DNA from: Heptranchias perlo
Taxonomy: Eukaryota
Assembly: GCF_035084215.1 (NCBI RefSeq)
Contig: NW_027138407.1
Location: forward strand, 1,302,001-1,366,000
Direction of reading: 5' to 3'
DNA length: 64,000 bases
The notes under the pieces are model-generated. The model ran no database searches and was not told where the DNA came from. It saw nothing but the letters and a program-made list of their open reading frames with translations. The first letter of the stretch is position 1. Each line of letters begins with the position of its first letter. Positions 52,488-64,000 of the stretch are shown piece after piece. Made by a program: the position numbers and the translations under genes.

Positions 52488-52778
52488 TCAGCCGTGGCTC
52501 AACGGTAGCACTTTTGCATCTGAGAAAGAATGTTGTGGGTACGAGTCCCCATTCCAGAGATTTGAGCTACACAATCTAGGGCCAACGCTCCCAGTTCCAG
52601 TACAGAGGGAGGACTGCACGACCGGAGTCGCTGTCGTTCAGACATGAGGTTAAACTGAGACCCTACGTTCCCTCTCAGCTGGACATAAAGATGTCATGTT
52701 ATGGTTTTGAAGAAGAGCAGGGGAGTTCTCCCCGTGTCCTGGAGCCAATATTTATCCTTCAACCAACATCACTAAAAT
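52488..52778 (+). mobile_element. tRNA-derived SINE, DeuSINE/SacSINE1-like
   Basis: A/B-box-like head; GAAGAGCAGGGGAGTTCTCCCCGTGTCCTGG core. Confidence 0.7.
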
Positions 52779-53229
52779 GGGAATACAAGTCTAGTCTATG
52801 CAACATGTCTTCATAATTTAAACCTTTTAAACCCGGTGTCATTAGCAGTCTAGATATTTTCCTGTGGGGTTCCGTGCCTGCAATATCTCCTTGGGAATTA
52901 ATCTATTCCTTGGGGAATGAACTTCGACCAATCCGGGTCTAAACTCACCCATGTTAAACCCAGGCCTTTCCCGATTGACACGTTGTGGCGAGGTGATAGC
53001 AACACATTATACACTGAGAAACGCAGATCTGTGCGTGTTTGTAGTGGGAATGGAAGGAAATTAGGTGCAGAGATAGTGAGAGGGAGAGAGAGAGAGAGAG
53101 AGAATGAGGTGAATAGAGGGTGGGAAAGAGATTGGAAATCAAAAGAGTTTTTAATATTCTGTGTAAGACTCTAATCACATCCCTCCTGGAGTACGCTGAA
53201 TTGCGATATGTTTCTCCTTATCCTGGGTG

Positions 53230-54355
53230 AGCTGGTGTTACCGTTGAAACGAAAGAGAGGCTGCCCGAGTACTGGGCAATTGGGACCAGTTCTGGGGCAT
53301 GGGGGTCGTGTTCAAACCGGACGGATTGCATCTGAACCTGGCTAGGAATATAGAAAGATATGGGAGGCAGAGGGCAGTGACTAACGGATGCTTTTTCTGA
53401 CTGGACAGAAGTATGCAGTGGGGTCCCCCAGGGTTCGTTATTAGGACCATTGCTTTTCCTATTATATATAAATGACCTGGACTTGCGTATGATACAAAAC
53501 TTAGCAAAGTGCTAAATTGTGAGGGTGAAAGTAGTGGACTTCAGGAAGACATGGACAGACTGCTGAAATGGGGATACCCGTGGCAGATGCAATTTAATGC
53601 AGATAAGTGTGAACTGATGCATTTTGTGGGAACAGCATGGAGAGGCAGCATAATCTTAATGATACAATTTTGAGGGGGTGGAAGAGCAGAGGGACCTGGG
53701 GTTCTGATTCAGAAATCTTTGAAGGTGATAGAGGAAGTTGATAAGCCGGTTAAGAAAGCGTTTGAGATACGTGGCACTGTGAATAGGGGCATTGAATATA
53801 AAAACAAGGAAGTCATGCTAAACCTTTACAAATCACTGGTTAGGCCTCAGATGGAGTATTGTGCACAATTCTGAGCACCACACTTTAGAAAGGATGTCAA
53901 TGCCTTGGAGGAGGTAACGAGGAGGTTCAACAGGATGATACCAGGAATGAGAGACTTCAGTTATGTGGAGATGTCGGAGAAGCTGGGATTGTTCTTCTTA
54001 GAGCAGAGAAGATTAAGGGGAGACCTAACAAATGTAATTCAAAATGATATGGGGTTTTGATGGAGCAAATAGGGAGAAATTGTTTTCTTTGGCAAGTGGG
54101 TCGGCAACCAGAGATCATAGATTTAAAATAATTTCCAGAAGAAGTACAGGAGAAATGAGGATATATTTTTTCACACAGAAGGTTGAGATCCAGAACGCAC
54201 TACCTGAAAGGGTCTTGGGAGCAGATTCCATAGGAACTGTCAAAAGACAATTGGACACTTACTTGAAGAGGACTAATTTGAAGCATTATGGGGAAAAATC
54301 TTGGGTTTGGGACTAAATTGGGAAGCTCTTTCAAAGAGCCGGCGTAGGCACGATG
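53230..54355 (+). mobile_element. Decayed CR1 LINE: ORF1 esterase-like piece plus ORF2 3' half
   Basis: FKPDGLHLN; then LYKSLVRPQMEYCAQF, EKLGLFFLEQRRLRGDL. Confidence 0.85.
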
Positions 54356-54367
54356 TATGATGTATGA

Positions 54368-54485
54368 CGGACTGCAGCGGTTCAAGAAGGCGGCTCACCA
54401 CCACCTTCTCGAGGGCAATTAGGGATGGGCAATAAATGCCGGCCTTGTCAGGGACGCCCACATCCCGTGAACGAATAAAAAAAAA
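54368..54485 (+). mobile_element. 3' tail of the same LINE family as 30248
   Basis: CACCACCTTCTC..GGGCAATTAGGGATGGGCAATAAATGCC..GAATAAAAAAAA. Confidence 0.8.
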
Positions 54486-54867
54486 TTCTATGATTGTATG
54501 ACTGAAAGAACAGCCGCCAATAGTGGGGTGATTGAAATCAGGGATGCGCAAGAGGCAAAAGTAGGAAGAGCACAGATATCTCGGATGTTTGTAGGGCTGG
54601 AAGAGGTTACATAGATAGGACTCTGCTCTGAGACCAACCACCAGTGCTGAAGGATCCTTTAAGCTTCGAGTCCGACCTCTATATTACATTTGATTACAGC
54701 ATTGGAATTGATGTTTCATTTCTTGATCGATGTGCTATGTCCAGTCCATGTCTTGAAGTAACATTTCTTTCACCAAGCTGATCCACACATGGCTCCCTTG
54801 AGTGTGGTAGAGGCATTCTTGGTCTGCAAGTCGAAAACTGCACCGCATTTTGTGCTTTGATCATTTG

Positions 54868-54881
54868 CTGCCCCCTGGTGG
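54868..54881 (-). promoter_or_regulatory. CTCF-like motif
   Basis: Minus strand reads CCACCAGGGGGCAG. Confidence 0.6.
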
Positions 54882-55254
54882 GCACAATTTGCAATTACAC
54901 TGTTTGTCAATCGGAGCATGAAAATGTCCAATTTTACGATTGGTGCATCAAGAAGGAAAAAGCATTTATACGCCATCTGGTCACGTCGTCTGAATGTCTC
55001 AAAGCGATTCAACTACATGGGAACATAGAAACAGAAGTAGACAGGCAACCTATTCCACCATTCAATTCGATCATGGCTGATCTGTATCTTAACTCCACCT
55101 ACCCACCTTGGTTGAGTATCCCTTGATACCCTTGCCCAACAAAAGTCTATCGATCTTAGTTCTGACATTTTCAATTGATCTAGCCTCAACATATATTCAT
55201 AGGTGTCACTTAACGAAAATAAATGCCCCAAACACAAACAAAAGATGCCGCTAT

Positions 55255-56400
55255 TGCAACCAGTATGGCTGCCAGCTATGCCTGCCTTTTTGTGGGACAC
55301 GTGGAACATTCCTTGTTCCAGTCCTACTCAGTTCCCCTCACTTGCCTCTTTTTGCGGTATATTGATGACGGTCTCGGTGCCGCTTCCTGCTCTCGCCCTG
55401 AACTGGAAAATGTCATCAACTTTGCTTCCAATTTCCACCCTTCCTTCCCTTTCACATAGTCCATCTCCGACTCTTCCTTTCCCTTCCTCGTCTTTTCGGT
55501 GTCCATTTCTAGGGATAGAATATCAACCAATATTTAATATAAACCCACCGACTCCATCAGTTACCTTGATTGCACTTCCTTCCAACCTGTTTCATGTCTA
55601 TTCCCTTCTCCCAGTTCATCCGTCTCTGTCGCATCTGTTCTGACGATGACACCTTCCACACCAGTGCTTCCGATAAGTCTTCCTTTTTCTTCAGCCGAGG
55701 ATTCCCCTCCACTGTAATTGCCAAGGCCCTGGACCGTGGCGGTGCTATTGCCCGCACTCCTGCCCTCACCCCTTTCCCTCTCTCCCAGTAACACGATAGG
55801 GCCCCCCTTGACCTCAACTTCCACCCCATCAGCCTCCACATTCAACGGATCATCCTCTGCCATTTCCACCACTTCCATCGCGATGCCACAATCAAACACA
55901 CATTGCGCCCCCTCCCCTTTTCTTCCATGGCACCCTAGTACACTTTATCACACCCAACACCCACTTTCCTTCCCACGGCACCTTACTGTGCGAGCGCAGG
56001 AGATGCAACACCTGCCCTTTCAGCTCCTCCCTTCCAACCGTCCAGGGCCACAAACACTCCTTTCAGGTGAAACAGTGATTTACTTGTACTTCTTTAAATT
56101 TATAATACAGTATTCGCTGCTCACGATGCGGTCTCCTACAAACTGGGGAGACCAAACGCAGATTGGGCAATTGCTTTGTTGAACACCTCCGCTCAGTCCG
56201 CCAGCGTGACCCTGACCTTTGCCATTTTAAATCTCCGTCCAAATCCCACTCTGACCTCTCTGTCCTCGGCCTCCTAGACTGTTCCAATGAAGCTCAACGG
56301 AAGCTTGAGGAGCAGCACCTCATCTTTGGATTAGGCACATTACAGCCTTGTGGATTCAACATTGATTTCAATTACTTCAGATGATAACCGCTGCTCCATT
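55255..56400 (+). mobile_element. Penelope-like retroelement (RT plus GIY-YIG endonuclease), decayed
   Basis: YACLFVG..RYIDD; IPFSQFIRLCRICS; CSRCGLLQTGETKRRL..EHLRSV; LGTLQPCGFN. Confidence 0.85.
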
Positions 56401-56774
56401 TTTTTCCGGACAGCAGGTGCTGGTAATGGTTCTGCTGTTGCCATTTACAGCTCCTCTAGACCCATCCTTTGCTTCTTCACTTGTCCCATTGCCACCCTCT
56501 TTTCCTTGCACCATCATCCCCTTTGTCATTGAATTACTCCTGCACTCCACCCTATCAGGGATCTTCCCTTTTGTTCTTTCCTCCCCTTCCCTTCGTCCCT
56601 GCCTTTGTGTGGCTCTGGACTTGCTTACAGACTGTTAAATCTTTAACTTCCTCCAGTTCTGACGAAATGTCAACGACCTGTAAGGCTAACTCTGTTTCTT
56701 TCTGAATAATTCCTAGATTTTCTGTTGTTATATCAGATTTCCAACATCCGCGGTATTTTGCTTTGTGACTGTGT

Positions 56775-57210
56775 ACAGTGAAACAGGCAGACACCAACAG
56801 AAGGGGATAGATAAAGGTGCGACTGAGTATGGTGATACAGGGTTGCACTAAAAGAAGGATATCGATAATGGTCTGACCGAGTACAAAGAGTTTCAGCGAG
56901 AAACCAACAGAGCGAGATAGATAAAGATGAGACTGAGTGCAGTGAGTGATGCAGGGAGACACCAACAGAGGGAAATAGATAAAGGTGCCTCTGAACACAG
57001 TGAGTGATGCAGAGAGACACCATTAGAGCGAGGGAGATAAAGGTGACACTGAGTTCAGTGTTCGAGAGAGACACCACCAGAGGGAGATTGATAAACGTGA
57101 GTCTGAGTACAGTGATACAGAAAGACACCAACAGACGGAAATATATAAAGGTGAGACTGAGAATCTTGAGTGATGTAAAGAGAAACCAATCGAGGGAGAT
57201 AGATAAAACA
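56775..57210. repeat. ~55-60-bp purine-rich minisatellite
   Basis: Unit approximately AGTGATACAGAGAGACACCAACAGAGGGAGATAGATAAAGGTGAGACTGAGTAC. Confidence 0.8.
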
Positions 57211-57547
57211 GTGATAAACAATGAGTTGGAGCGGTCCGGTGTGAGCTCCAACAGAGACGGTGCTGGTGTCAGTGATAAATAAAATGTGGGAACTACCCGG
57301 TATGAGCTCAGAGAAAGTGTGAGCTGGTTTCATTGAAACAGTGACATACACTGAGTGGGAGCGGCCGGCGTGGGTTTACTCCGGGACAGAGCTTGTTTCG
57401 TTAGTTCGACAGGAAGAAGCCTTCTGAGTTTGACATCAAGCGAAAGTTTGGCTCCTTGTTAATTTTCCTGAATATAATATCCGTGTCCTGGGAGTAACTC
57501 GACCTCTCTGTACAATTCTTTCAGTCTACTTTTCATCTGTTCCGATA

Positions 57548-57881
57548 ATGCTCCGGATTTACAGAGTTTCCCTCCTGATTTATACTCTGATCTGCACGGA
57601 TGTCAACGGTGAAGATGAGGTGATACAGCTCCCTCGGGCAGCGGTTGTTAGTGAAGAGGGAATCGTATCCATGAACTGCTCCGCTACCGTTGCATTTACC
57701 TTACTGCACTGGTACAGACAGCACCCCAATCAAACATTCCAACATCTGGTAATGGCAACAAGTGGGGCGGTTAAAAACGAGAGGATCTCTGCTTCAATCG
57801 GGGGTGGCAATAAATTCAGTACCCTGACTGTGAGGGATGCCAGCGTGACAGATACCGCGACCTATTTCTGCGCCGTGAGGC
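57548..57881 (+). CDS. TRAV: Single-exon (intronless leader+V) TCR V segment
   Basis: MLRIYRVSLLIYTLICTDVNG contiguous with EDEVIQ..MNC..WYRQ..DTATYFCAVR. Confidence 0.85.
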
Positions 57882-57920
57882 CACAGTGGAACAAACGTAC
57901 AGACAGTCCGTACAGAAACC
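57882..57920 (+). other. 23-RSS
   Basis: CACAGTG, 23 bp, ACAGAAACC. Confidence 0.95.
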
Positions 57921-58597
57921 TGCACTGAGGGGAGCGCCGCTCTGCTGTGTTTTGAGCAACGGGATTGGAAGGGGTCCGTGTTTCATATTCGGAGGGTGGA
58001 GGGAATAAGAACAGAACATTTGGAAATAGAGAAGAGAGAGATTTAAATAAAGGCAGAAATAAAGAGAGTTGGAAACGCAGACAGAGGAAAACAAAGAGAA
58101 ACTACTAAAGAAAGAACGAGAGCGAGAAAGTGAAAGAAAGCATTGGAATAATAATCGGACTGCAGACGACAGCAAATTCCGAATGGAGAAAAAGAGCAAT
58201 AAAATAATGCCAGAAATAAAGAGAGTTGGAAACCGGTAGAGGTAAAGAATGAGAAAGCAGTCTGGACAGAATGTGTGTGAGAAAGAGATACATATAAAGC
58301 ATTGTAATCATAAGAGGAGTGTAGAGGGAACGAGAATAGCAATACAGGAAAGAAGGGAAAGAAGAAAGGAAGGGAAGGAAGTCAGCAACACAATGGGAAA
58401 GGCTAAGAGAAAGCCATGAAGAAAGAGGTCCTTAAAAAAACTAAGATACTCTTTCCTTTAAAATCACTATTCTCCGTATTTACACAGTTTAATTGTCTCC
58501 AACACTTCTCCCAATAACCTGCCGCTGGAAATTGCCCCATCGATAAACTCACCTATATTTTCCCCTTCATCCAGACAGTGTAACGTTTTCAGAGTCA

Positions 58598-58610
58598 CCG
58601 CCAGAGGGCA
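58598..58610 (+). promoter_or_regulatory. CTCF-like motif
   Basis: CCGCCAGAGGGCA. Confidence 0.6.
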
Positions 58611-60022
58611 ACACGGTCACATGTTTCTCGCTGCCCCCTGCAAACTCGGACCGAGGTTGTTGCTCCGACAAAACCACTTCCGGTTTGTGTAAATATCTCA
58701 TAACCATCTGCATTTTTGTTTGGAGATTTCAGCGAAGTTTTTATTCCTTCTCCCGCTTTTGTTGGCTACGGTTCATCGCCAAGATTTGTCTCCCAGGGCT
58801 ATCTATTATTTCATTTTAAATGGACCAAATGAGTGTGACACTTCTGATTGTTTTGTAAAGCGGCGTTTGGAAAATGTATCTTAAATATTAATGATACAGA
58901 GTGAAGAACAGACTAAAGGAATGATGTGATATGTCTTTAACCCGCGTGAGGATTTTCTCCGGTGTCAATAGCCATTTTCCTGACTCATGTGATTAATTTC
59001 AGTGCAGTTTAATGACGCCCGTTGTTAGCTTCACTGAGGCTGAATCTCAGGGTTTCGAGACACATTTGGATCCGGTGATCTCGTCGCTCCTCGCTTCAGA
59101 AAATGGTGGTAAGAAGTTTTCTGAAAGTGACAAAAACAGAGTGTGAATGTAGATGAAGATGCTCAGTTTATTTCACTCACTCTCACTGATCATGCTGAGG
59201 TTCTTGGTGGGAGTGGGGTGGGTTCATCAACCTTCTGCTGGGGACACACAAGTGGGAGATTTGATCTGGCCTGCGTGTTAGCGACATCGCAAACAGTGCG
59301 GAAAATCTCCTTTTCAAATTTTTTTAGCCAAACAGCAAACTCATTCTTTTGGAATGATTTGATAATTTTACTGGTAATAATGACCAGAGGAAATCTACCA
59401 CATGGAGTGGAAACAAACATTCATCAAAGTGACCGATTAAGGCCTGTTGAATATGATCCGAATCGAACTAATGTCGACATTTTCCTTCAAAGAAAATATT
59501 TGCAGGGCTATGGGGAAATTGCAAGGGGAGTGTTACTAACGGGATATCACTTTCAAAGAGCCGCCACAGGCAGGATCGGCTGAATGTCCTGCTTCTGTGC
59601 TCTACGATTATATGAACCGGACAATGCGCTCATTCGGAGGCTGACTGCATCTTGAACATCAGTCTCTCCGATCAAACCCGTTATCAACTGTAAATTATTG
59701 AGACAAACCTTGTGGTATCATTGCCTGCGGCAGCTCTGCCCACGGCGTCTGTTTGCGACTCTCGCCTTGCCTGCCCTGTGTCATTGGAAAGATTGCTGCA
59801 ACTGTTCCCTGTTTGGCATTGTTAGATTAGCAGTGCAGTTGTGCGGGGATCTGTATTTCTGCTCCAAAAGAGGATTTCCCGACTACAAAGTTACAAACTC
59901 GAGGAGCATCATGCAGAACGGAATTGCACGGCTCCTGAACATTATATCACTTCTCAGCAAGTATTTCCTTCCCAGATAAAATCCATTCGCCCGCTGACGA
60001 TTGTAACCCCGATGTTATTTTT

Positions 60023-60164
60023 NNNNNNNNNNNNNNNNNNNNNNNNNNNNNNNNNNNNNNNNNNNNNNNNNNNNNNNNNNNNNNNNNNNNNNNNNNNNNN
60101 NNNNNNNNNNNNNNNNNNNNNNNNNNNNNNNNNNNNNNNNNNNNNNNNNNNNNNNNNNNNNNNN
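60023..60164. other. Assembly gap, followed by a (GAT)n tract
   Basis: Run of N. Confidence 1.
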
Positions 60165-60283
60165 TGGCGATGATGCTGATGATGGGATGATGATGATGAT
60201 AATGATGATGGTGATGTTGATGATGGTGGGTGATGATAATGATAATAATTATGATGGTGAATATTAATATTATTTTTTATCAG

Positions 60284-60515
60284 AATGGAGCCTCCAAGAC
60301 GCAGTTTAACCGTCGGTTCCTGAAGTGACGATTGAAGAGGAAAGTAATGTCACACTAACCTGCTGCTTGAGAACAAGCCGTCCTAATTCTTATGTGTACT
60401 GGTACAGTCAGAACCCCAGGCAACCTCCACAGTATGTGCTTTATATTCATGCAGAAATGCTTATCCGGAACCATGATTTCACGAACCGATTCTCTCCCAC
60501 GTTTAATGCCGTCCA
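60284..60515 (+). pseudogene. 3'-truncated V pseudogene
   Basis: Acceptor TTTATCAG; DAV*PSVPEVTIEEESNVTLTC..YVYWYSQNP..NRFS; no second Cys or RSS. Confidence 0.8.
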
Positions 60516-60694
60516 TGTCCTCCTTTCTCGGCTGTGGGTATTTCAAAAGGTCAGTGAGCCGCTCTTTTAATGGGAGCCTCCGGCACCGATAAAAGAACAT
60601 TAAATCTTTCCCTACGTTTACCTCACCTTACAGATTGACCATGTTAAAGGGTCAACATTGGGTTTAATCCCCGTCTCGTTCTCTGCTCCCCCTT

Positions 60695-60934
60695 TGACGT
60701 CATGAAATGGAGAATAAAGGAGCTGTGAGCTGTGAGCTGATTGGTTCTCACCTGCAGACTCGGTCAGGGATGAACCAATCGGCAGAGAGCCCGGATATTC
60801 CTCACCATCTTTTCAACTCTTGACTAAAATAATTCCAGGTTCAAACCGTTCTGTTCAAATCCGCCATCAACTCTCTGCAAACATGTTGGGCGTGACTTTT
60901 TATTTATTCGTCGCAGCTGCAACTCTCTTAACTG
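60695..60934 (+). other. Promoter plus free-standing leader exon
   Basis: TGACGTCA at 60695, ATTGG and CCAAT boxes; leader 60883-60934 MLGVTFYLFVAAATLLT with GTAAGT donor. Confidence 0.75.
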
Positions 60935-61351
60935 GTAAGTTTGCAAGTTTACTGTATTTCACATCTGTATCAGACATTATGTTTAACCGGTCGGTTCCTG
61001 TAACATACCAATATCAATAGATTGATCCGAAATGAAGAAAACAACCCGAATCCAACTTGACTCAACGCTGAAGACTCTTTCGTGAAATGCACAAATTTCC
61101 ACGCTGACTGAAAGCAGAAGAGTACAGGTGAGAATATAGGCGAATGGTAAACAGATCCGCCCCGGCCCGTCCAGCCTCGCCGGTCAATTATTGTGCTTGA
61201 CAGACACACGAGTCTTAAACACATAGACCATTTGGAGTGCTCCCTTCACATCACAAGTGGTGATCGTGAGGAACTGATCACGTTTGGAAGTGCTCAAGGT
61301 TCATTAAAGGAAGTTTTATTCAGTCGATCCAAGCACCTTCCCGTTGCAGCC

Positions 61352-61798
61352 ATGAGGTGTGGGGGAATATTTTTCTATTTAACTGCACTGATTTACTTCT
61401 CAGGAAGGTGTTGAATGTGACGTGCTGATTCCGGAGAACAGATACAGTGAAGTAAAATTGTTTAATTTAATATCGCTCTGGGCTCTTGCAGGACATTGTC
61501 GAGGAGACTCCGTTTTCCAGACACCAGCTGCAAACGCAGTAAGTGAAGGAGACCATGTTCAGCTGTTCTGTAATTTTACAGCTACAAGCAACAGCAACCC
61601 TGACCTATTCTGGTACCGCCAGTATCCCAGTGGATCCATAGACTTCCTGCTACAGAGAGACAAATACAGCAAGAACCAAGAGAAAATTCCAGGGGAACGT
61701 TTTTCAGCCAAGCTCGATCATTCGGATAAAACCGTTCCGCTGAGAGTGTCTGATACACAACTGACAGACTCCGCGGTGTATTACTGCGCTCTGAGACG
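61352..61798 (+). CDS. TRAV: TCR alpha/delta V segment: open V exon, defective proximal leader donor
   Basis: Leader 61352-61403 followed by GAAGGT; V exon 61492-61798 DSVFQTP..DSAVYYCALR; RSS CACAGAG (61799), 23 bp, ACAAAAACT. Confidence 0.8.
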
Positions 61799-61924
61799 CA
61801 CAGAGACACGGAGCTGGGCTGAACCTGTACAAAAACTGTCAGAGCGTTGCTCGACATATCGGCGCTTTAGGGGAACATTGTGATCAGGGGCGAGCCTGAG
61901 CTGATCCTTGTGTTTTTGATCATT

Positions 61925-62330
61925 ATTTTAATCCATTCTTGGGTTATGGGTTTCGCTGAAAAGGCCGGCATGTATTGCCCGTCCCTAGTTGTCCATTGAG
62001 AAGGTGGTGATGAATATTCGGCTTGAACTGCTGCAGTCCGTGTGGTGAAAATGCTCCCACAGTGCTGTTAGGTAATTAGTTCCAGGATTGTGAGCCAGCG
62101 GCGATGAAGGAATGGCTGATCTATGAGCAATTCGGGATGCTTTGTTTCTTGGTGGTGTTGTTCCCATGTACCTGCTGCCCTTGTCCTTCTAGGTAGTGGA
62201 GTTCGCGGGTTTGGTAGGTGCTGTCGAATAAACCTTGTTGAGTGGCTGCAGTGCATTTTGCAGACAGCACACTCTGCAGCCAAGGTGCGCCGATAATGGA
62301 GGGATTGGATATTTAACGTGGTGGAGGGTT
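61925..62330 (-). mobile_element. CR1-clade LINE 3' end, family of 30248
   Basis: LNIQSLHYRRTLAA..RQHLPNPR..GTWEQHH and matching tail. Confidence 0.8.
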
Positions 62331-62670
62331 GCTCATTGTACTTTAATTCTAATACATAATTAGTTTTATGAATAATAAGTATATAATATATATAAATGCA
62401 GATAGATGAGTGAAAGCCCTTTATAGAGGTAACCAGGCTGATGGCTGACCGACTGATGGACAGTGGCCTCTCTGGACATCGGTCACTTGTTCTCCCTGAG
62501 CTGGTGCACCAGATTTTATCAGAGTTATCCCAGTTCAGCGAAACAGGGAAAGGACTCATCGAAAACCGGGAAATGCAGGAGGGCAAAACATACTGATGGC
62601 CAGAATCCTGTCTACAAAGGTGACGGAAATCCGTCACCAGCCTTGCAGTCCACAGGAACAGGAAGGAGAA

Positions 62671-62824
62671 GGTTTTGAAATCCGTTTCTCTGCTGAGCTC
62701 CAGCACTCCGACACCTTCAGCAGTTTAACCATCTCCGGGTTGCAGTTGACTGACGCTGCCGTGTATTATGGTGTTCTCGGTGAGTCTCAGTGATGAGAAG
62801 CATTTTCATCCCCTCCCATAAGCT
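62671..62824 (+). pseudogene. V FR3 remnant related to the 1239-1693 gene
   Basis: RFSAELQHSDTFSSLTISGLQLTDAAVYYG (Cys lost); decayed heptamer CTCAGTG at 62786. Confidence 0.8.
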
Positions 62825-63404
62825 GCCGTTGGGGTGCAGCTGAGAGATCCTGTCTGTTGGGGACGGTATCGAATCGCGGGTCGATGCAGCCACAATGTGC
62901 AGCGCGCTGTCAGGCGCTCAAACACAACGAGAGGACGCCGAATTAAACTGGGATCAAAATGTCAACTGTTTCCAGGAGCGGCCGAGAAAATAAATTGCAG
63001 GAACCAATCGATCGGAAAGATCGATCACAGAACGAATGGAACAGTTAAGTTGTCCGATCATTCGTTTTTCCCTTAAATTCATTCAATTCGAAAACAGAAA
63101 TACCGATCGTAGTATCAGGAGCACTCCCAATATAAAAGTAATTTTATTCCAGCCTGTAATGGTTTGTAAATACAGCGGGTAGTAGGGAGCAATACATACT
63201 GATTATTGATGCCTCGCTGTCTTCCCGCCCACCTCTCCTTGTAGAAAAAAGCACAACGAACAACACTTATATTCGAGCTTTAAATAATAAAATAATGATA
63301 ATAAAACATGGAACTTCGGTGAGAGTAGAGCGGTTGCCTCAAATTGGCTTCGTGTGGAGGTGAAAAGAATATATTGTTTGTAAATGCTTCATTGTTTCCG
63401 ATTT

Positions 63405-63740
63405 CCCTCCCAGACGCTCAATAAACATCCACTCTTCCTTCCCCGCTGTTGTAACTCGTGACCAAAACAAGGGGCCATAAATATAAAGTAGTTACTATTA
63501 GGGATTTCAGGAGAAACTTCTTCACCCAGACATGGGGAACTCACTACCACAGGGAGTAGTTGAATCTAATAGCACAGGTGCATTTAAGGGGAAACCAGAT
63601 AAGTACATGAGGGAGAAAGGAACAAAACGTAATGCTGATAGGATTAAATTAAGAGGATTGGGAGGAGGCTGTTGTGGAGCATAAACACCGGCATGGACCA
63701 GCTGGGCCAAATGTCCTGTTTTTGGGCTGTATATTCTATG
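63405..63740 (+). mobile_element. CR1 LINE 3' end
   Basis: TRGHKYK..FRRNFFTQ..NSLPQGVVE plus tail. Confidence 0.75.
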
Positions 63741-64000
63741 AAAATCCATTCAGCGCAATGCGCTAAGCATCCACAAGGCGGTGCAAGTGTTTAATGCACG
63801 ACCGGAAAGAGAAGTTCAAATTGGAAAGTGCAAACAGCAAATGCTGGGCATTCGCAACTTGTCGATCGATCTCCGTGACCACAATCAAAAAAGTTCACGC
63901 TTCAGATATAGATTCGGCATCGGAATTGAATTTCCAAATAAAGAGCGGACTCAACACAATTACTTATCGAGACAATGACCACCGTCGTCTATGGATACCT

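Noticed and set aside
1-64000. D, J or C segments, or germline-joined VJ
   Set aside because: No 12-spacer RSS, FGxG J motif with donor, or C1 exon found by eye; every complete V ends at a heptamer

Overview
Eukaryotic (vertebrate) genomic DNA, most consistent with a cartilaginous fish: CR1, L2 and Penelope-like retroelements and DeuSINE-like SINEs are present. The window lies inside the V-segment region of a T-cell receptor alpha/delta-type locus. It contains only unrearranged V segments (leader exon, phase-1 intron, V exon, 23-bp-spacer RSS); I found no D, J or C segments. From about 2 to 50 kb is a tandem cassette array on the minus strand. It holds 12 apparently intact family-A V genes, mostly with the heptamer CACACTG. 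It also holds family B as 3 open copies, 6 pseudogenes sharing one stop codon and a dead heptamer, and 5 orphan leaders. Between A and B lies a ~300-bp segment that occurs in two orientations and may be an ancient V relic. Past ~57.5 kb the V segments switch to the plus strand. These include an intronless leader+V gene and a V whose own leader donor is dead but which has a spare leader upstream. CTCF-like motifs follow V orientation. Family names A and B are my labels, and TRAV versus TRDV cannot be resolved from this window.
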